Origin: an uncultured Lentisphaeraceae bacterium
Lineage (GTDB): Bacteria; Verrucomicrobiota; Kiritimatiellia; RFP12; UBA1067
NCBI GenBank assembly: GCA_964579865.1
Contig: CAZOIS010000031.1
Span: 5,535-37,534 of the forward strand
Direction of reading: 5' to 3'
DNA: 32,000 nucleotides
Numbering within the stretch: the stretch's first letter is position 1; each line of letters starts with the position of its first letter. The notes under the pieces were generated by a model. The model saw only the letters and a list, made by a program, of their open reading frames with translations, had not been told where the DNA came from and did no database searches. The position numbers and the translations under genes are program-made. Shown here in pieces: positions 9,112-17,124 of the stretch.

Positions 9112-10824
9112 TCAGGCGGGGTCGTCGCCGCGCTCGTCGAGCATGGCTTCGCCGATGTTCAGGCAGTCTTCCTTGATGCGGCGGTAGACGTTCAGAATGT
9201 CCAGAAGGCAGACGACCTTGATGGGCTCGGAATGAGGTTTGTGGTCGGTCAGCCGCTGGAGCTGGGCGCCCCGGATGTCTTTGATCCGCCGCGAGATCGC
9301 CTCGGATTCGGTGTGCATGTTTTTCAGCACGTCCGGCGCGAACGCTTTCCCTTTCCGGAATGCTTCGGTGACCTTGTCCGCAAACTGTGCGCACTGGTCG
9401 TGGAGCGAGAGCATCTCCGCCTTGCCTTCGGCCGACAGCGTCAACTCATTGCTCCGCATGCGCTGCATCATCTTCAGGACCGCGCGTACCTCGTCGCTGA
9501 CCGATTCGTACTCGTCGGCCACGCGCAGCAGCATGCGGGCGCGGTAGGCGACATCCATGGGCAGGTGCGCCGACATCACTTTGCCCAAGAAATCGGAGAC
9601 TTCGTGCTGGTCCACGTCGAGCTGGTCTTCCGCCTCGAAGATGCCGCGCTCAAGCTCGTCCTTTTTGATGCCTTTCAGGACTTCCCTGAAGTCGGCCAGC
9701 ATTTTTTGTGTGCGGGCGGCCATGCGGTCCACCTCTTGGCGGGCCTGTTCCACGGCGATGACCGGGGACATTTTCAGGGGGTCTACCTTGTTCAATCGCG
9801 GTTGTTCTGGCACGCTGCTTTCCGGCACGAGGCGCCGGACGAGCGCGGTGAACAAGCCGAGAAACGGCAGGAAGAGGCAGGTGTTGATCACGTTGAAGCC
9901 GGTATGCACGATGGCGATCGGGGCGGCGATATGGGGGTAAACAACGCTGCCGTTGGCCGTTGTCAAGGGATCCGTCATGGAGGGGAAGTAGCGGTGGATC
10001 AGCGGCACGAACACCGGCAGGAAGAGGGGGGCGAGAAGGATGACGCCGATGCAGTTGAACAGGGTGTGCGCCAGCGCGGCCCGCCGCGCCTCGGTGGTCG
10101 CCGTCAAAGCCGCCAGCCACGCGGTCACGGTGGTGCCGATGTTCATGCCGAAGACGAGCGCCGCACCGGTCTCGAACGAAATGACGCCGTTATAGGCCAA
10201 GCCGATGGAAATGGCGGCCGCCGCCGCGGAGGATTGGATGATGCCGGTCACGATGGAACCCGCGATGATGCATTTCAACACGCCCACAGCGTTTCCCGCA
10301 TGAAACATGTGGAACCATTCGATGAAGGACGGGTCGTCGCGGAGCGGGGCGAGGCCCTTGCTCATGAGTTCGAGGCCGAAGAAAATCATGCCGATGCCCA
10401 GGCTGGCCAGCGCGATGTAACGTGTGCGCTCCCGCTTCGAAAAAAGGTAGAACAGCGCCGCGCCGGCGATGATGATCATGCTTTGGTCGCCCAGTTTGGT
10501 CGGCATCAGGGCGACGAGCCAGGCGGTGGCGGTCGAGCCGATGTTCGAGCCGACGATCACGTTGACCGCCTGCCGCAAGGTCATCACGCCGGCGGTCACC
10601 AGTCCGACCACCATGACCGTGACGACCGAGCTGGACTGCACGATGCCGGTGACGGCCGCGCCGGTGGTGATCCCCGCGAAACGGTTGCTCGTGACGGTCG
10701 CGACGATTTTCCGGAGGCGCTTGCCGGCGACCGCCTGCAGTCCCTCCGAAAGCTGATTCATGCCCAGCAGAAAGATGCCGAGCCCGCCGGCGGTGTTGAT
10801 GAGAATGGAGCAGGTCGAGACCAT
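9112..10824 (-). CDS. Na+/phosphate symporter family protein (NptA/YjbB-like, with PhoU-like C-terminal domain)
   Basis: 570 aa. The N-terminus INTAGGLGIFLLGMNQLSEGLQAVAGKRLRKIV and the repeated half TGIIQSSAAAAAISIGL are typical of Na/Pi cotransporter II-related proteins. The soluble helical C-terminal domain resembles PhoU. Confidence 0.85.
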   Translation of the reverse strand: MVSTCSILINTAGGLGIFLLGMNQLSEGLQAVAGKRLRKIVATVTSNRFAGITTGAAVTGIVQSSSVVTVMVVGLVTAGVMTLRQAVNVIVGSNIGSTATAWLVALMPTKLGDQSMIIIAGAALFYLFSKRERTRYIALASLGIGMIFFGLELMSKGLAPLRDDPSFIEWFHMFHAGNAVGVLKCIIAGSIVTGIIQSSAAAAAISIGLAYNGVISFETGAALVFGMNIGTTVTAWLAALTATTEARRAALAHTLFNCIGVILLAPLFLPVFVPLIHRYFPSMTDPLTTANGSVVYPHIAAPIAIVHTGFNVINTCLFLPFLGLFTALVRRLVPESSVPEQPRLNKVDPLKMSPVIAVEQARQEVDRMAARTQKMLADFREVLKGIKKDELERGIFEAEDQLDVDQHEVSDFLGKVMSAHLPMDVAYRARMLLRVADEYESVSDEVRAVLKMMQRMRSNELTLSAEGKAEMLSLHDQCAQFADKVTEAFRKGKAFAPDVLKNMHTESEAISRRIKDIRGAQLQRLTDHKPHSEPIKVVCLLDILNVYRRIKEDCLNIGEAMLDERGDDPA

Positions 10825-11076
10825 GTGAACCTTCTACGCGAATGGAATGAGAGCAGCCGCTTCTCGGCTTTTCTTGAATGCGTCATGGTTTTTATCGAAA
10901 CGCCGCGTAACAGTCAAGGCGTATGAATAAAGGGTTGCGTCCGAATTTAAAAAAAGGACTCTTGCGGCTGCGGCGGGGAGTCTGCTACAGTATCTGACAA
11001 CGCAACGTTTCGTTGTGTTCATGTATTCCGGGTGCTGGCGCACGTCGCGCCAGCAGGCAACGAGATGGTCGGGCCG

Positions 11077-11120
11077 CCATCCATTGAACTGCGCTTTTTC
11101 AGCGCAAATGAAATGGATGG
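11077..11120 (+). promoter_or_regulatory. Imperfect stem-loop in the 5' leader of ORF 11127
   Basis: The outer arms are CCATCCATT (11077-11085) and AATGGATGG (11112-11120). The inner arms are TGCGC and GCGCA around a TTTTTCA loop. The 3' arm covers the purine-rich stretch 7 nt before ATG 11127. Confidence 0.35.
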
Positions 11121-11126
11121 TGCGCC

Positions 11127-11465
11127 ATGCAAGACCAGCCACCTGTGGAATATTCGAGCGAGGCGGGTTGCCTCCTGCGTCTTTACTGGATGTTTCTGGG
11201 CAATGCCCTTTTGGCCATCGTTTTGGCCTATCTGATTCAGAAACATCCGCCGTTCCCCTCTCTTCTGGACGCCGGTTATCTGTTGTCTCTGGCGTCCGTC
11301 GTGGCGGCCCGCTATGTCGATATCCGCCACATGAAGGGCGAGACCTGCGAGGGCGGAGTTCCCGCCACGCTGTCCGATTGGCGCAAGTATGCCGTTCTCA
11401 TCGTGGCCGGCTGCGTGTCCGTCTGGATGGCGGTGCGTCTCGCGGTTCCTTTGTTCGTGAAGTAA
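11127..11465 (+). CDS. Small hypothetical membrane protein
   Basis: 112 aa with three hydrophobic segments (LLRLYWMFLGNALLAIVLAYLI, GYLLSLASVVAARYV, YAVLIVAGCVSVWMAVRLAV). No family was recognised. Confidence 0.5.
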   Translation: MQDQPPVEYSSEAGCLLRLYWMFLGNALLAIVLAYLIQKHPPFPSLLDAGYLLSLASVVAARYVDIRHMKGETCEGGVPATLSDWRKYAVLIVAGCVSVWMAVRLAVPLFVK

Positions 11466-11550
11466 ACGTCCCTTTTTTCGCGCCGGGAGAGGGCCCCGGC
11501 GTCAACCTGCAAAGCCGAGGCCGGTGCTGCCGGCCATGAAGGAGGATACC

Positions 11551-11799
11551 ATGTTTGTTCAGGGTTTAGTTCTGTTGGTCGCGGGCGTTTCGATCGTTTT
11601 TCTTTTTCTCAGCCTGCTGGTGGTGGTGCTGTCGCTGAGCGCGCGGGTTATCCCGCGTTTCAACCATATCCTGCCGGACGAACAGCCGCGCGTGAAAGCG
11701 CCGAAAGCGAAGACGCCGAAGCCGCAGGCTCACGACGAGGAGGTCGCCGTCGCGATCGCTGCGGCGCTCGCGCATCAGCGGACCGCGGCGGGACTGTGA
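11551..11799 (+). CDS. OadG-family protein (sodium-pump decarboxylase gamma-subunit-like)
   Basis: ATG 11551 is preceded by GAAGGAGGA. The product has a single N-terminal TM helix (MFVQGLVLLVAGVSIVFLFLSLLVVVLSL), a Lys/Pro linker, and the family-typical C-terminal EEVAVAIAAALAHQ. No alpha or beta decarboxylase genes are nearby. Confidence 0.6.
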   Translation: MFVQGLVLLVAGVSIVFLFLSLLVVVLSLSARVIPRFNHILPDEQPRVKAPKAKTPKPQAHDEEVAVAIAAALAHQRTAAGL

Positions 11800-11818
11800 A
11801 GAGACGGGAAGGTGTGTC

Positions 11819-12325
11819 ATGTGGCAGCGAGTGCGGAAAAGCTTGATCCGGGCTTTGGAGAATGTGCTGATAGTGCTGGTCGTGGGGTTGACGCTGACGG
11901 TGCTGTGGGGCGTCTTCACCCGCTTTTGCCTTGGGAAGCAGGCGGAGTATACGGACGAGCTGGCGCGTGTGCTACTGGTCTGGATCTCGATGATCGGCGC
12001 GGCCTTGGCGTTCGGGGCGAAGGCCCATCTCGGCGTGGACTATTTTGTGGCCAAACTGCATCCCGAGGCGCGTAAGGCGCTCAGCGTTGTCGTGCAGCTG
12101 GTGGTGTTGTCTTTGGCGACGGTTGTGTTCGTGGCCGGCGGATGGGCGTTGGCCATGGGGCAGATGGGCCAGCAGTTGCCGACCTTGCCGCTCTCGCGAG
12201 GCATGGTTTACCTCTCCATCCCGCTCGGGGGGCTGCTCATGATCCTGTTCGCCATCGAGAACGTGGCCGAGATCATCCGCACGCCGGCCAGCCAATTGGG
12301 GGCGCAGACGAAGTCGGAGGGTTGA
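11819..12325 (+). CDS. TRAP transporter small permease (DctQ-like), orphan
   Basis: 168 aa. The sequence LENVLIVLVVGLTLTVLWGVFTRFCLGKQAEYTDELARVLLVWISMIGAALAFGAKAHLGVDYFV is the typical DctQ pattern. No DctM or DctP follows; the next gene is convergent. Confidence 0.75.
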   Translation: MWQRVRKSLIRALENVLIVLVVGLTLTVLWGVFTRFCLGKQAEYTDELARVLLVWISMIGAALAFGAKAHLGVDYFVAKLHPEARKALSVVVQLVVLSLATVVFVAGGWALAMGQMGQQLPTLPLSRGMVYLSIPLGGLLMILFAIENVAEIIRTPASQLGAQTKSEG

Positions 12326-12326
12326 G

Positions 12327-12345
12327 GCCGGCGGAGGGCGCCGGC
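12327..12345. terminator. GC-rich hairpin between convergent genes (possible bidirectional terminator)
   Basis: GCCGGCG-gaggg-CGCCGGC is a perfect 7-bp stem. It sits in the 22-nt gap between the dctQ-like stop (12325) and the mscK-like stop (12348). There is no U-tract. Confidence 0.35.
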
Positions 12346-12347
12346 GG

Positions 12348-14735
12348 TCAGAGACCCGGTGCACCTTCCGATGCGCAGGTCTCTGCGGGCGGCTGTATCC
12401 GCACCAGCAACGGGGTCGTCGTGTCCAGGTGAAGGTCCCGTTGCGGGAAGGCCATGACGACGCCGTGTTCCGCGAAGGTCCCCGCGATCATGTGCCGGAT
12501 ATCGCTCGCGACCTGCGAAGAGTTGTGCTTCAGCACGTCGACCCAGTATTGCAGGTCGAAGGACAGGTTGCTATCCCCGAAATTCGAAAAAAGAACTTGC
12601 GGCTTGGGCTCTTTCTGCACCTGGCCGTGCCGCGCCGCCACCTCGCCCAGCAGTTGCGCGACGTGGCGGGTGTCGGAGCCGTAGGCCACGCCGACCGAGA
12701 CGGTGAAGCGCACCACCTTGTTCGAATAGGTCCAGTTCGTCAGATTGTTCTCCAGGAGCGCGCTGTTGGGGATGAGCGTCTCGGTGCCGTCCCACAGCTG
12801 GATGACACTGGAGCGGATGCCGATGCCGGTGACCTTGCCGCGCTGCCCGGCGACGTCAAGCACGTCTCCGACACGGAAAGGCCGCTCGAAAAGAATGATG
12901 ATGCCGCTGATGAAGTTCTTGAGCAGATTCTGCGTGCCGAAGCCGATGCCGATGGCCAGCGCGCCGCCGGCGAAGGCGAAGATCGTCAGCGGGATCTTTA
13001 CGGAGACCATGCTGAACACGACGAGCACGGCCACGAAAATGACGTGTGACCAGCGGCGGATCAGGTTCGCCTGATTGGGGTCTATCCTCAGCCGGCGGAT
13101 CGAGAGCCTCTCCAGCCCCCGCGCGATCCGCTTGGAAATCCCGTAGCCGACGACCAGGATCAGGACGGCCAAAAGGATTTTGCCGACGGTGACGCCGCGG
13201 CGGCCGGTGATCTGCTGTCCCTCCACCGTGATGGTGTCTTGGACCACGAACAACTCGAAGTTCCAAGCGCTGCCGGCCAGATTGCGCAGGATCGCGAAGA
13301 AACCGCGGATCCGCTGCTCGAGCGGCTGGGTCTTTTGACTTCCCTCAAGTGCCTCCCGCCAGCAGGAAATCATGTGCTCATGCTTTTCCAGCTCTTCCAA
13401 AACTTGCCGGTAAGACTGCGCCTGTTGCTGGTAGGCTTCCAGGCGCTGCTGTGACAAGACCGGGTCATCGTCTTTGCCGTTGTTGACGCGGCTGGCCTGC
13501 TGTTCCGTGATGAGACGGGTTGTCACTTCGATTTGTTGGATATAAAAGGGTTTGGCGGACTGGATCAGGCCGTACAGCTTCTCCAGCTTCTTGCCCGCCG
13601 CCTGAATTTCCACGGGGTCGTGTTTTTGCAGAATGGCGAAACGCGTCTGCCAGAGCTGGCTCTCCATGTCGATGCCCCGCTGGAGTTGGCGCTGACAGGT
13701 GACGGCCTCCGTATTGGCTTGGGCCTGTGCGTTGCGGGTTTCAACGATTTCCTGAAGGTGCCGGATGGCGGCGGGGTCCGTGACGGCGCGGGGCTTCGCT
13801 TGCAGGGCTTGCAGCAGGTTGGTGCGGGCCGTCGCGAGGGCCTGCTGGCTCGCTTCGAGCCGGGCATAGGCGGAGATTTCATCCGCTTCCGAGCGACGCC
13901 GTGCCTCGTTGAGCGGGCCGAGCGCTTTGTCGAGGTCGTGTTGCGTGAAGCAGACGGCGCGGTTGAGGAGCGTCAGCTGCTGGCGGGCGAAGGCGAGGCG
14001 CAGGCGGTTTTCCTCCAGCTCCACGTTTGTTTTTTTTGATATCGTGTCGAAGGATGCGAGCGTGGCCGCGGCCGCTTGGCATCGGGTCTGCTCCAGTTCC
14101 TTCTGCCAGCGGGTGCGGATGATGAGGGGCTGTTCCGTTAGGCCTTCCAGCTGTTCGCTGATATGGCGAACCTTGCCTTCGGAGGTTTCCATGAGGGCGC
14201 TGGTGTCGGAGCCGAGCCGGTCCATGAACGCGTGGGCCGTTTCCAACATGGCGATTTTTTTTTCGAGCGACTGGATCGTGTCCCGGGTCTCGTCCACGCG
14301 CAGGATCGAATAGGGCGGCTGTTCCGCGAAGCCGGCCCACGTCTTGACGGACTGCTCAAAATCCTTTAACCGCTGGCGGTTGGTTTCATACGTGGCCACG
14401 TCGTTCAGATGGGTCTGATAGGTCTGGGTCAACCTTCGCAGCAGCGACTGATATTCGATCGCCTCGGCCTGCGTCGCACCGGGGGGGATGTTGGTGGTCG
14501 ATCCGAACTCGGCGGTGTAGCGGTTGAATTTCGCATGCGCCTCTGCGAGCTTCTCGCGCAGTTGCGGCGCCAGCGTGTCCGGGATGCCGGCGACGGCGAC
14601 ACCGGACTGTTGCGGGACCGCTGCCCCGGTGCCGGTTGTGCATAGAGCGGCCAGCGGCGACCAGAGGAAAAGGTACAGCAGCAGGTGCCTTTGCGGGCGG
14701 AAGAACGGTGTGAGAGAAGTCAGACGGTGAGGCAT
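12348..14735 (-). CDS. Mechanosensitive ion channel, MscK-like (MscS family with long N-terminal coiled-coil domain)
   Basis: 795 aa from ATG 14735, with signal-like segment LLLYLFLWSPLAALC. A long Gln/Glu/Leu-rich coiled-coil region is followed by TM helices and the MscS core: FERPFRVGDVLDVAGQRGKVTGIGIRSSVIQLWDGTETLIPNSALLENNLTNWTYSN. The ORF extension to 15143 runs antisense through arsR and was rejected. Confidence 0.85.
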   Translation of the reverse strand: MPHRLTSLTPFFRPQRHLLLYLFLWSPLAALCTTGTGAAVPQQSGVAVAGIPDTLAPQLREKLAEAHAKFNRYTAEFGSTTNIPPGATQAEAIEYQSLLRRLTQTYQTHLNDVATYETNRQRLKDFEQSVKTWAGFAEQPPYSILRVDETRDTIQSLEKKIAMLETAHAFMDRLGSDTSALMETSEGKVRHISEQLEGLTEQPLIIRTRWQKELEQTRCQAAAATLASFDTISKKTNVELEENRLRLAFARQQLTLLNRAVCFTQHDLDKALGPLNEARRRSEADEISAYARLEASQQALATARTNLLQALQAKPRAVTDPAAIRHLQEIVETRNAQAQANTEAVTCQRQLQRGIDMESQLWQTRFAILQKHDPVEIQAAGKKLEKLYGLIQSAKPFYIQQIEVTTRLITEQQASRVNNGKDDDPVLSQQRLEAYQQQAQSYRQVLEELEKHEHMISCWREALEGSQKTQPLEQRIRGFFAILRNLAGSAWNFELFVVQDTITVEGQQITGRRGVTVGKILLAVLILVVGYGISKRIARGLERLSIRRLRIDPNQANLIRRWSHVIFVAVLVVFSMVSVKIPLTIFAFAGGALAIGIGFGTQNLLKNFISGIIILFERPFRVGDVLDVAGQRGKVTGIGIRSSVIQLWDGTETLIPNSALLENNLTNWTYSNKVVRFTVSVGVAYGSDTRHVAQLLGEVAARHGQVQKEPKPQVLFSNFGDSNLSFDLQYWVDVLKHNSSQVASDIRHMIAGTFAEHGVVMAFPQRDLHLDTTTPLLVRIQPPAETCASEGAPGL

Positions 14736-14869
14736 AAAAAACTCCGTTCCCGGAACGTCGCGATGCCTCTGGGTGAGGCCGAACAACGTTCTCAAAGAAA
14801 ACGCGTTTAGTTTTTCACATTTTGGAAAGCGCATCAAGGGATACCCAAAGCGGACGATTCGGCCGGGAG

Positions 14870-14906
14870 TTGACGGCGCGGCCATCATTTGGTTATTATG
14901 CCAAAT
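14870..14906 (+). promoter_or_regulatory. Candidate sigma70-type promoter with overlapping palindrome (possible ArsR operator)
   Basis: TTGACG (14870-14875), an 18-nt spacer, then TATTAT (14894-14899). The inverted repeat ATTTGG (14887-14892) / CCAAAT (14901-14906) straddles the -10 box, and a nested GTTATT/AATAAC pair is also present. The site lies about 25 nt upstream of arsR ATG 14929. Confidence 0.4.
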
Positions 14907-14928
14907 AACAAAACGAAGGCGGTGCGTC

Positions 14929-15231
14929 ATGACGAAAGCGGAGACGGCGATGCTGGCGGCGAAAACGAAGGTGCTGAAGGCTATGGCGCACCCGGCCCGC
15001 CTGTGGATGGTGCAGCAGCTGGAGGGCGGGGAGCGATGCGTCTGCGAGCTGGTGGACGGGCTCGGGTTGGACTTTTCGACGGTCTCGAAGCATCTGCTGG
15101 TGCTGAAGAATGCGGGCGTGGTGGCGGACGACAAGCGCGGCAAGCAGGTGTTCTACTCCCTGAAGGTGCCGTGCGTGCTGAATTTCATGCATTGCGTGGA
15201 GGCGGTGCTGGAGAAGGGAAAAGAGGAATAG
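14929..15231 (+). CDS. arsR: ArsR/SmtB family metalloregulator
   Basis: 100 aa. Winged-HTH sequence: LKAMAHPARLWMVQQLEGGERCVCELVDGLGLDFSTVSKHLLVLKNAGVVADDKRGKQVFYSL. It carries the CVC metalloid-binding motif. Confidence 0.9.
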   Translation: MTKAETAMLAAKTKVLKAMAHPARLWMVQQLEGGERCVCELVDGLGLDFSTVSKHLLVLKNAGVVADDKRGKQVFYSLKVPCVLNFMHCVEAVLEKGKEE

Positions 15232-15330
15232 AGGAATGCTGGAATAGTGGAATGATGGTGAAGACGTCGTTGCTTCGGGATCACGGCCCCCATCACTCCA
15301 ACGTTCCCGTATTCCAAAATTCCAAAGAGG
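15224..15330. repeat. GGAATnnn-octamer hairpin element ('empty' copy)
   Basis: The left arm is tandem octamers GGAATAGA GGAATGCT GGAATAGT GGAATGAT GG. The right arm is CCATCACTCC AACGTTCC CGTATTCC AAAATTCC, its imperfect reverse complement. The loop is about 30 nt (15259-15290). The first unit overlaps the arsR stop codon. Confidence 0.7.
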
Positions 15331-15335
15331 CTCAT

Positions 15336-16634
15336 ATGGACTGGAAAAGCGAGTGGAAGAAAATGGCGTGGATCGTGGCAGGGTTTCTGGCCTGCTTCTA
15401 TCTTCCTGCGGGTGTTGCGCGGTTTGATCATGCGCTGCTGGAGGCGGCGCACCTGGTGAAGTGGTATGCGCGCGAGCATGTCTTGCTCTGCCTGATACCG
15501 GCGTTTTTCATCGCGGGCGCGATCGGCGTTTTCGTGAGCCAGGCGGCGGTGATGAAGTACCTCGGGCCCAGCGCGAAGAAGGTGCTGGCGTACGGCGTGG
15601 CTGCGGTATCGGGGAGCATTCTGGCGGTCTGCTCCTGCACGATCCTGCCGCTGTTCACTGGGATTTACCGCATGGGCGCCGGGCTGGGGCCGGCGTGCGC
15701 GTTTCTTTACTCGGGGCCGGCGATCAACGTGCTGGCCATGATTATGACGGCGCGGATTCTGGGTCCGGAGCTGGGCGTGGCGCGCGCGGTCGGCGCGGTG
15801 GCGTTCAGCGTGGTGGTCGGCTACGCCATGCACCTGATGTTCCGGCGCGAGGAGGAGGCGAAGATCGCGGCGGCGATCCAGCTGCCGGAGGAAGAGGGCG
15901 GGCGGCCGCTCTGGCAGACGTCGCTGTACTTCGCCTCGATGGTGCTGATCCTGGTGTTCGCGAACTTCGGCAAGCCGCAGAATCCGGAAGGGATCTGGGC
16001 CGCGCTCTACGGCGCGAAGTGGACGCTCACGGCGGTGTTCGCGGCGGGGCTCGGCGTGATGCTGGTGGCGTGGTTCAAGATGCGCCTGTGGAAGGTCGGG
16101 CTCGTGGCGGGTGTGACCGCGCTGACGGCGCTGGGTACGGGCGGCAACGCGTTGGCGGCGTTCACCGTCGGTTCGCTGGGGCTGGCATGGCTGACGGCGA
16201 CGGACACCGGCGAGGGCGGTCAGTGGTTCGAGTCCTCGTGGACGTTCGCGAAACAGATCCTGCCGCTCCTGCTGATCGGCGTGGTGGCGGCGGGCTTTCT
16301 GCTGGGCCGCGTGGGCGAGGAGGGCATGATCCCGTCGGATTGGGTGGCGAAAGCCGTGGGCGGCAACTCGCTGCGGGCGAACTTCCTGGCCTCGTTCGCG
16401 GGCGCGTTCATGTACTTCGCGACGCTGACCGAGGTGCCGATCATCCAGGGGCTGATGGGTTCGGGCATGGGCAAGGGCCCCGCGCTGGCGTTGCTGCTGG
16501 CCGGTCCGGCGCTGAGCCTGCCGAGCATGCTGGTCATCAACAGCGTGCTCGGGCCGAAGAAGACGGCGGCGTTCGTGTCGCTGGTGATCGTGCTCGCGAC
16601 GCTGGCCGGGTTCTTTTTTGGAATGATGGAATAA
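15336..16634 (+). CDS. Permease, PF03773/ArsP-like (UPF0718) family
   Basis: 432 aa from ATG 15336. It is polytopic, and the motif SGSILAVCSCTILPLF contains a CxC cysteine pair inside a TM helix, as in ArsP-type organoarsenical permeases. It lies directly downstream of arsR. Confidence 0.8.
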   Translation: MDWKSEWKKMAWIVAGFLACFYLPAGVARFDHALLEAAHLVKWYAREHVLLCLIPAFFIAGAIGVFVSQAAVMKYLGPSAKKVLAYGVAAVSGSILAVCSCTILPLFTGIYRMGAGLGPACAFLYSGPAINVLAMIMTARILGPELGVARAVGAVAFSVVVGYAMHLMFRREEEAKIAAAIQLPEEEGGRPLWQTSLYFASMVLILVFANFGKPQNPEGIWAALYGAKWTLTAVFAAGLGVMLVAWFKMRLWKVGLVAGVTALTALGTGGNALAAFTVGSLGLAWLTATDTGEGGQWFESSWTFAKQILPLLLIGVVAAGFLLGRVGEEGMIPSDWVAKAVGGNSLRANFLASFAGAFMYFATLTEVPIIQGLMGSGMGKGPALALLLAGPALSLPSMLVINSVLGPKKTAAFVSLVIVLATLAGFFFGMME

Positions 16635-16648
16635 TGGAATGGTGGAAT
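16618..16648. repeat. Left inverted repeat of the GGAAT element carrying the four-helix-bundle gene
   Basis: TTGGAATGATGGAATAATGGAATGGTGGAAT overlaps the permease stop codon (GGA ATG ATG GAA TAA). Apart from one extra 8-nt unit, it is the reverse complement of 17125-17147. Confidence 0.7.
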
Positions 16649-16666
16649 GAGGGGAGGCGGTGCGCG

Positions 16667-17118
16667 ATGGAACACGTTGTAAGGAAAAACATCAATCGAG
16701 GGTACATGAAGCTGATTGTCTGGCAAGACGCCAAGGCGTTGTATGTGATGACCTGTAAGATGTTCCGGGCGTTTCCCTATGAGTTCAAGCGCATGCCTCG
16801 CAACAGATCGCTTCGGTGGATTCTGTGCATCGGAATATTGCCGAGGGATACGCGCGCAGATCCATCAATGAGTATCTCCAATTTCTTAACATCGCATTGG
16901 GATCAATCGGTGAGTCAGTTTCTGGGTTACTCGTGTACCTCGATGCTGGGCAGCTTTCGGAGACCGACTTTGACTTGGCGGATGCTCTCGCATTCAAACT
17001 GGAGAACGGCTTGATCCGTCTCATTGAAAGCCTGCAAATAAAGCGTCATGACGGCGGATGGGACGACAGCTTCGTCGTCCGTGAAAGCAACGCCGCCTAC
17101 GACGCACAACCCTTTTAA
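16667..17118 (+). pseudogene. Four-helix-bundle protein (23S rRNA intervening-sequence protein / Avd-like family), interrupted by a -1 frameshift
   Basis: The N-terminal half is in the frame of ATG 16667 (MEHVVRKNINRGYMKLIVWQDAKALYVMTCKMFRAFPYEFKR). The C-terminal half is in the frame of ORF 16816..17118 (ASQQIASVDSVHRNIAEGYARRSINEYLQFLNIALGSIGESVSGLL...). Together they reproduce the family pattern (WQ...FP... SQ(I/L)..(A/S)..S(I/V)..NIAEGY.R.S..E..QFL.IA.GS). Adding one G between 16795 and 16796 restores a single 150-aa ORF. Confidence 0.8.
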
Positions 17119-17124
17119 CCCAGT

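Noticed and set aside
10841-10853. GAATGGAATGAG upstream of the Na/Pi symporter as another GGAAT element
   Set aside because: It has only about one and a half units and no complementary arm nearby, so it cannot be distinguished from chance.
9232-10926. 564-aa + strand ORF opposite the Na/Pi symporter
   Set aside because: It is a shadow ORF. The translation is dominated by Gly, Arg, Asp, His, Glu and Ala residues and shows no hydrophobic helices or recognisable motifs. The minus-strand product has clear family motifs.
14736-15143. N-terminal extension of the MscK-like ORF
   Set aside because: It runs antisense through the arsR gene and its promoter. ATG 14735 gives a signal-like N-terminus.
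15461-17014. 517-aa ORF overlapping the ArsP-like permease
   Set aside because: It is an out-of-frame reading of the permease gene (Arg/Gly/Ala-rich, no hydrophobic pattern). Only its last part (from ATG 16667) is meaningful, as the N-terminal half of the frameshifted four-helix-bundle gene.
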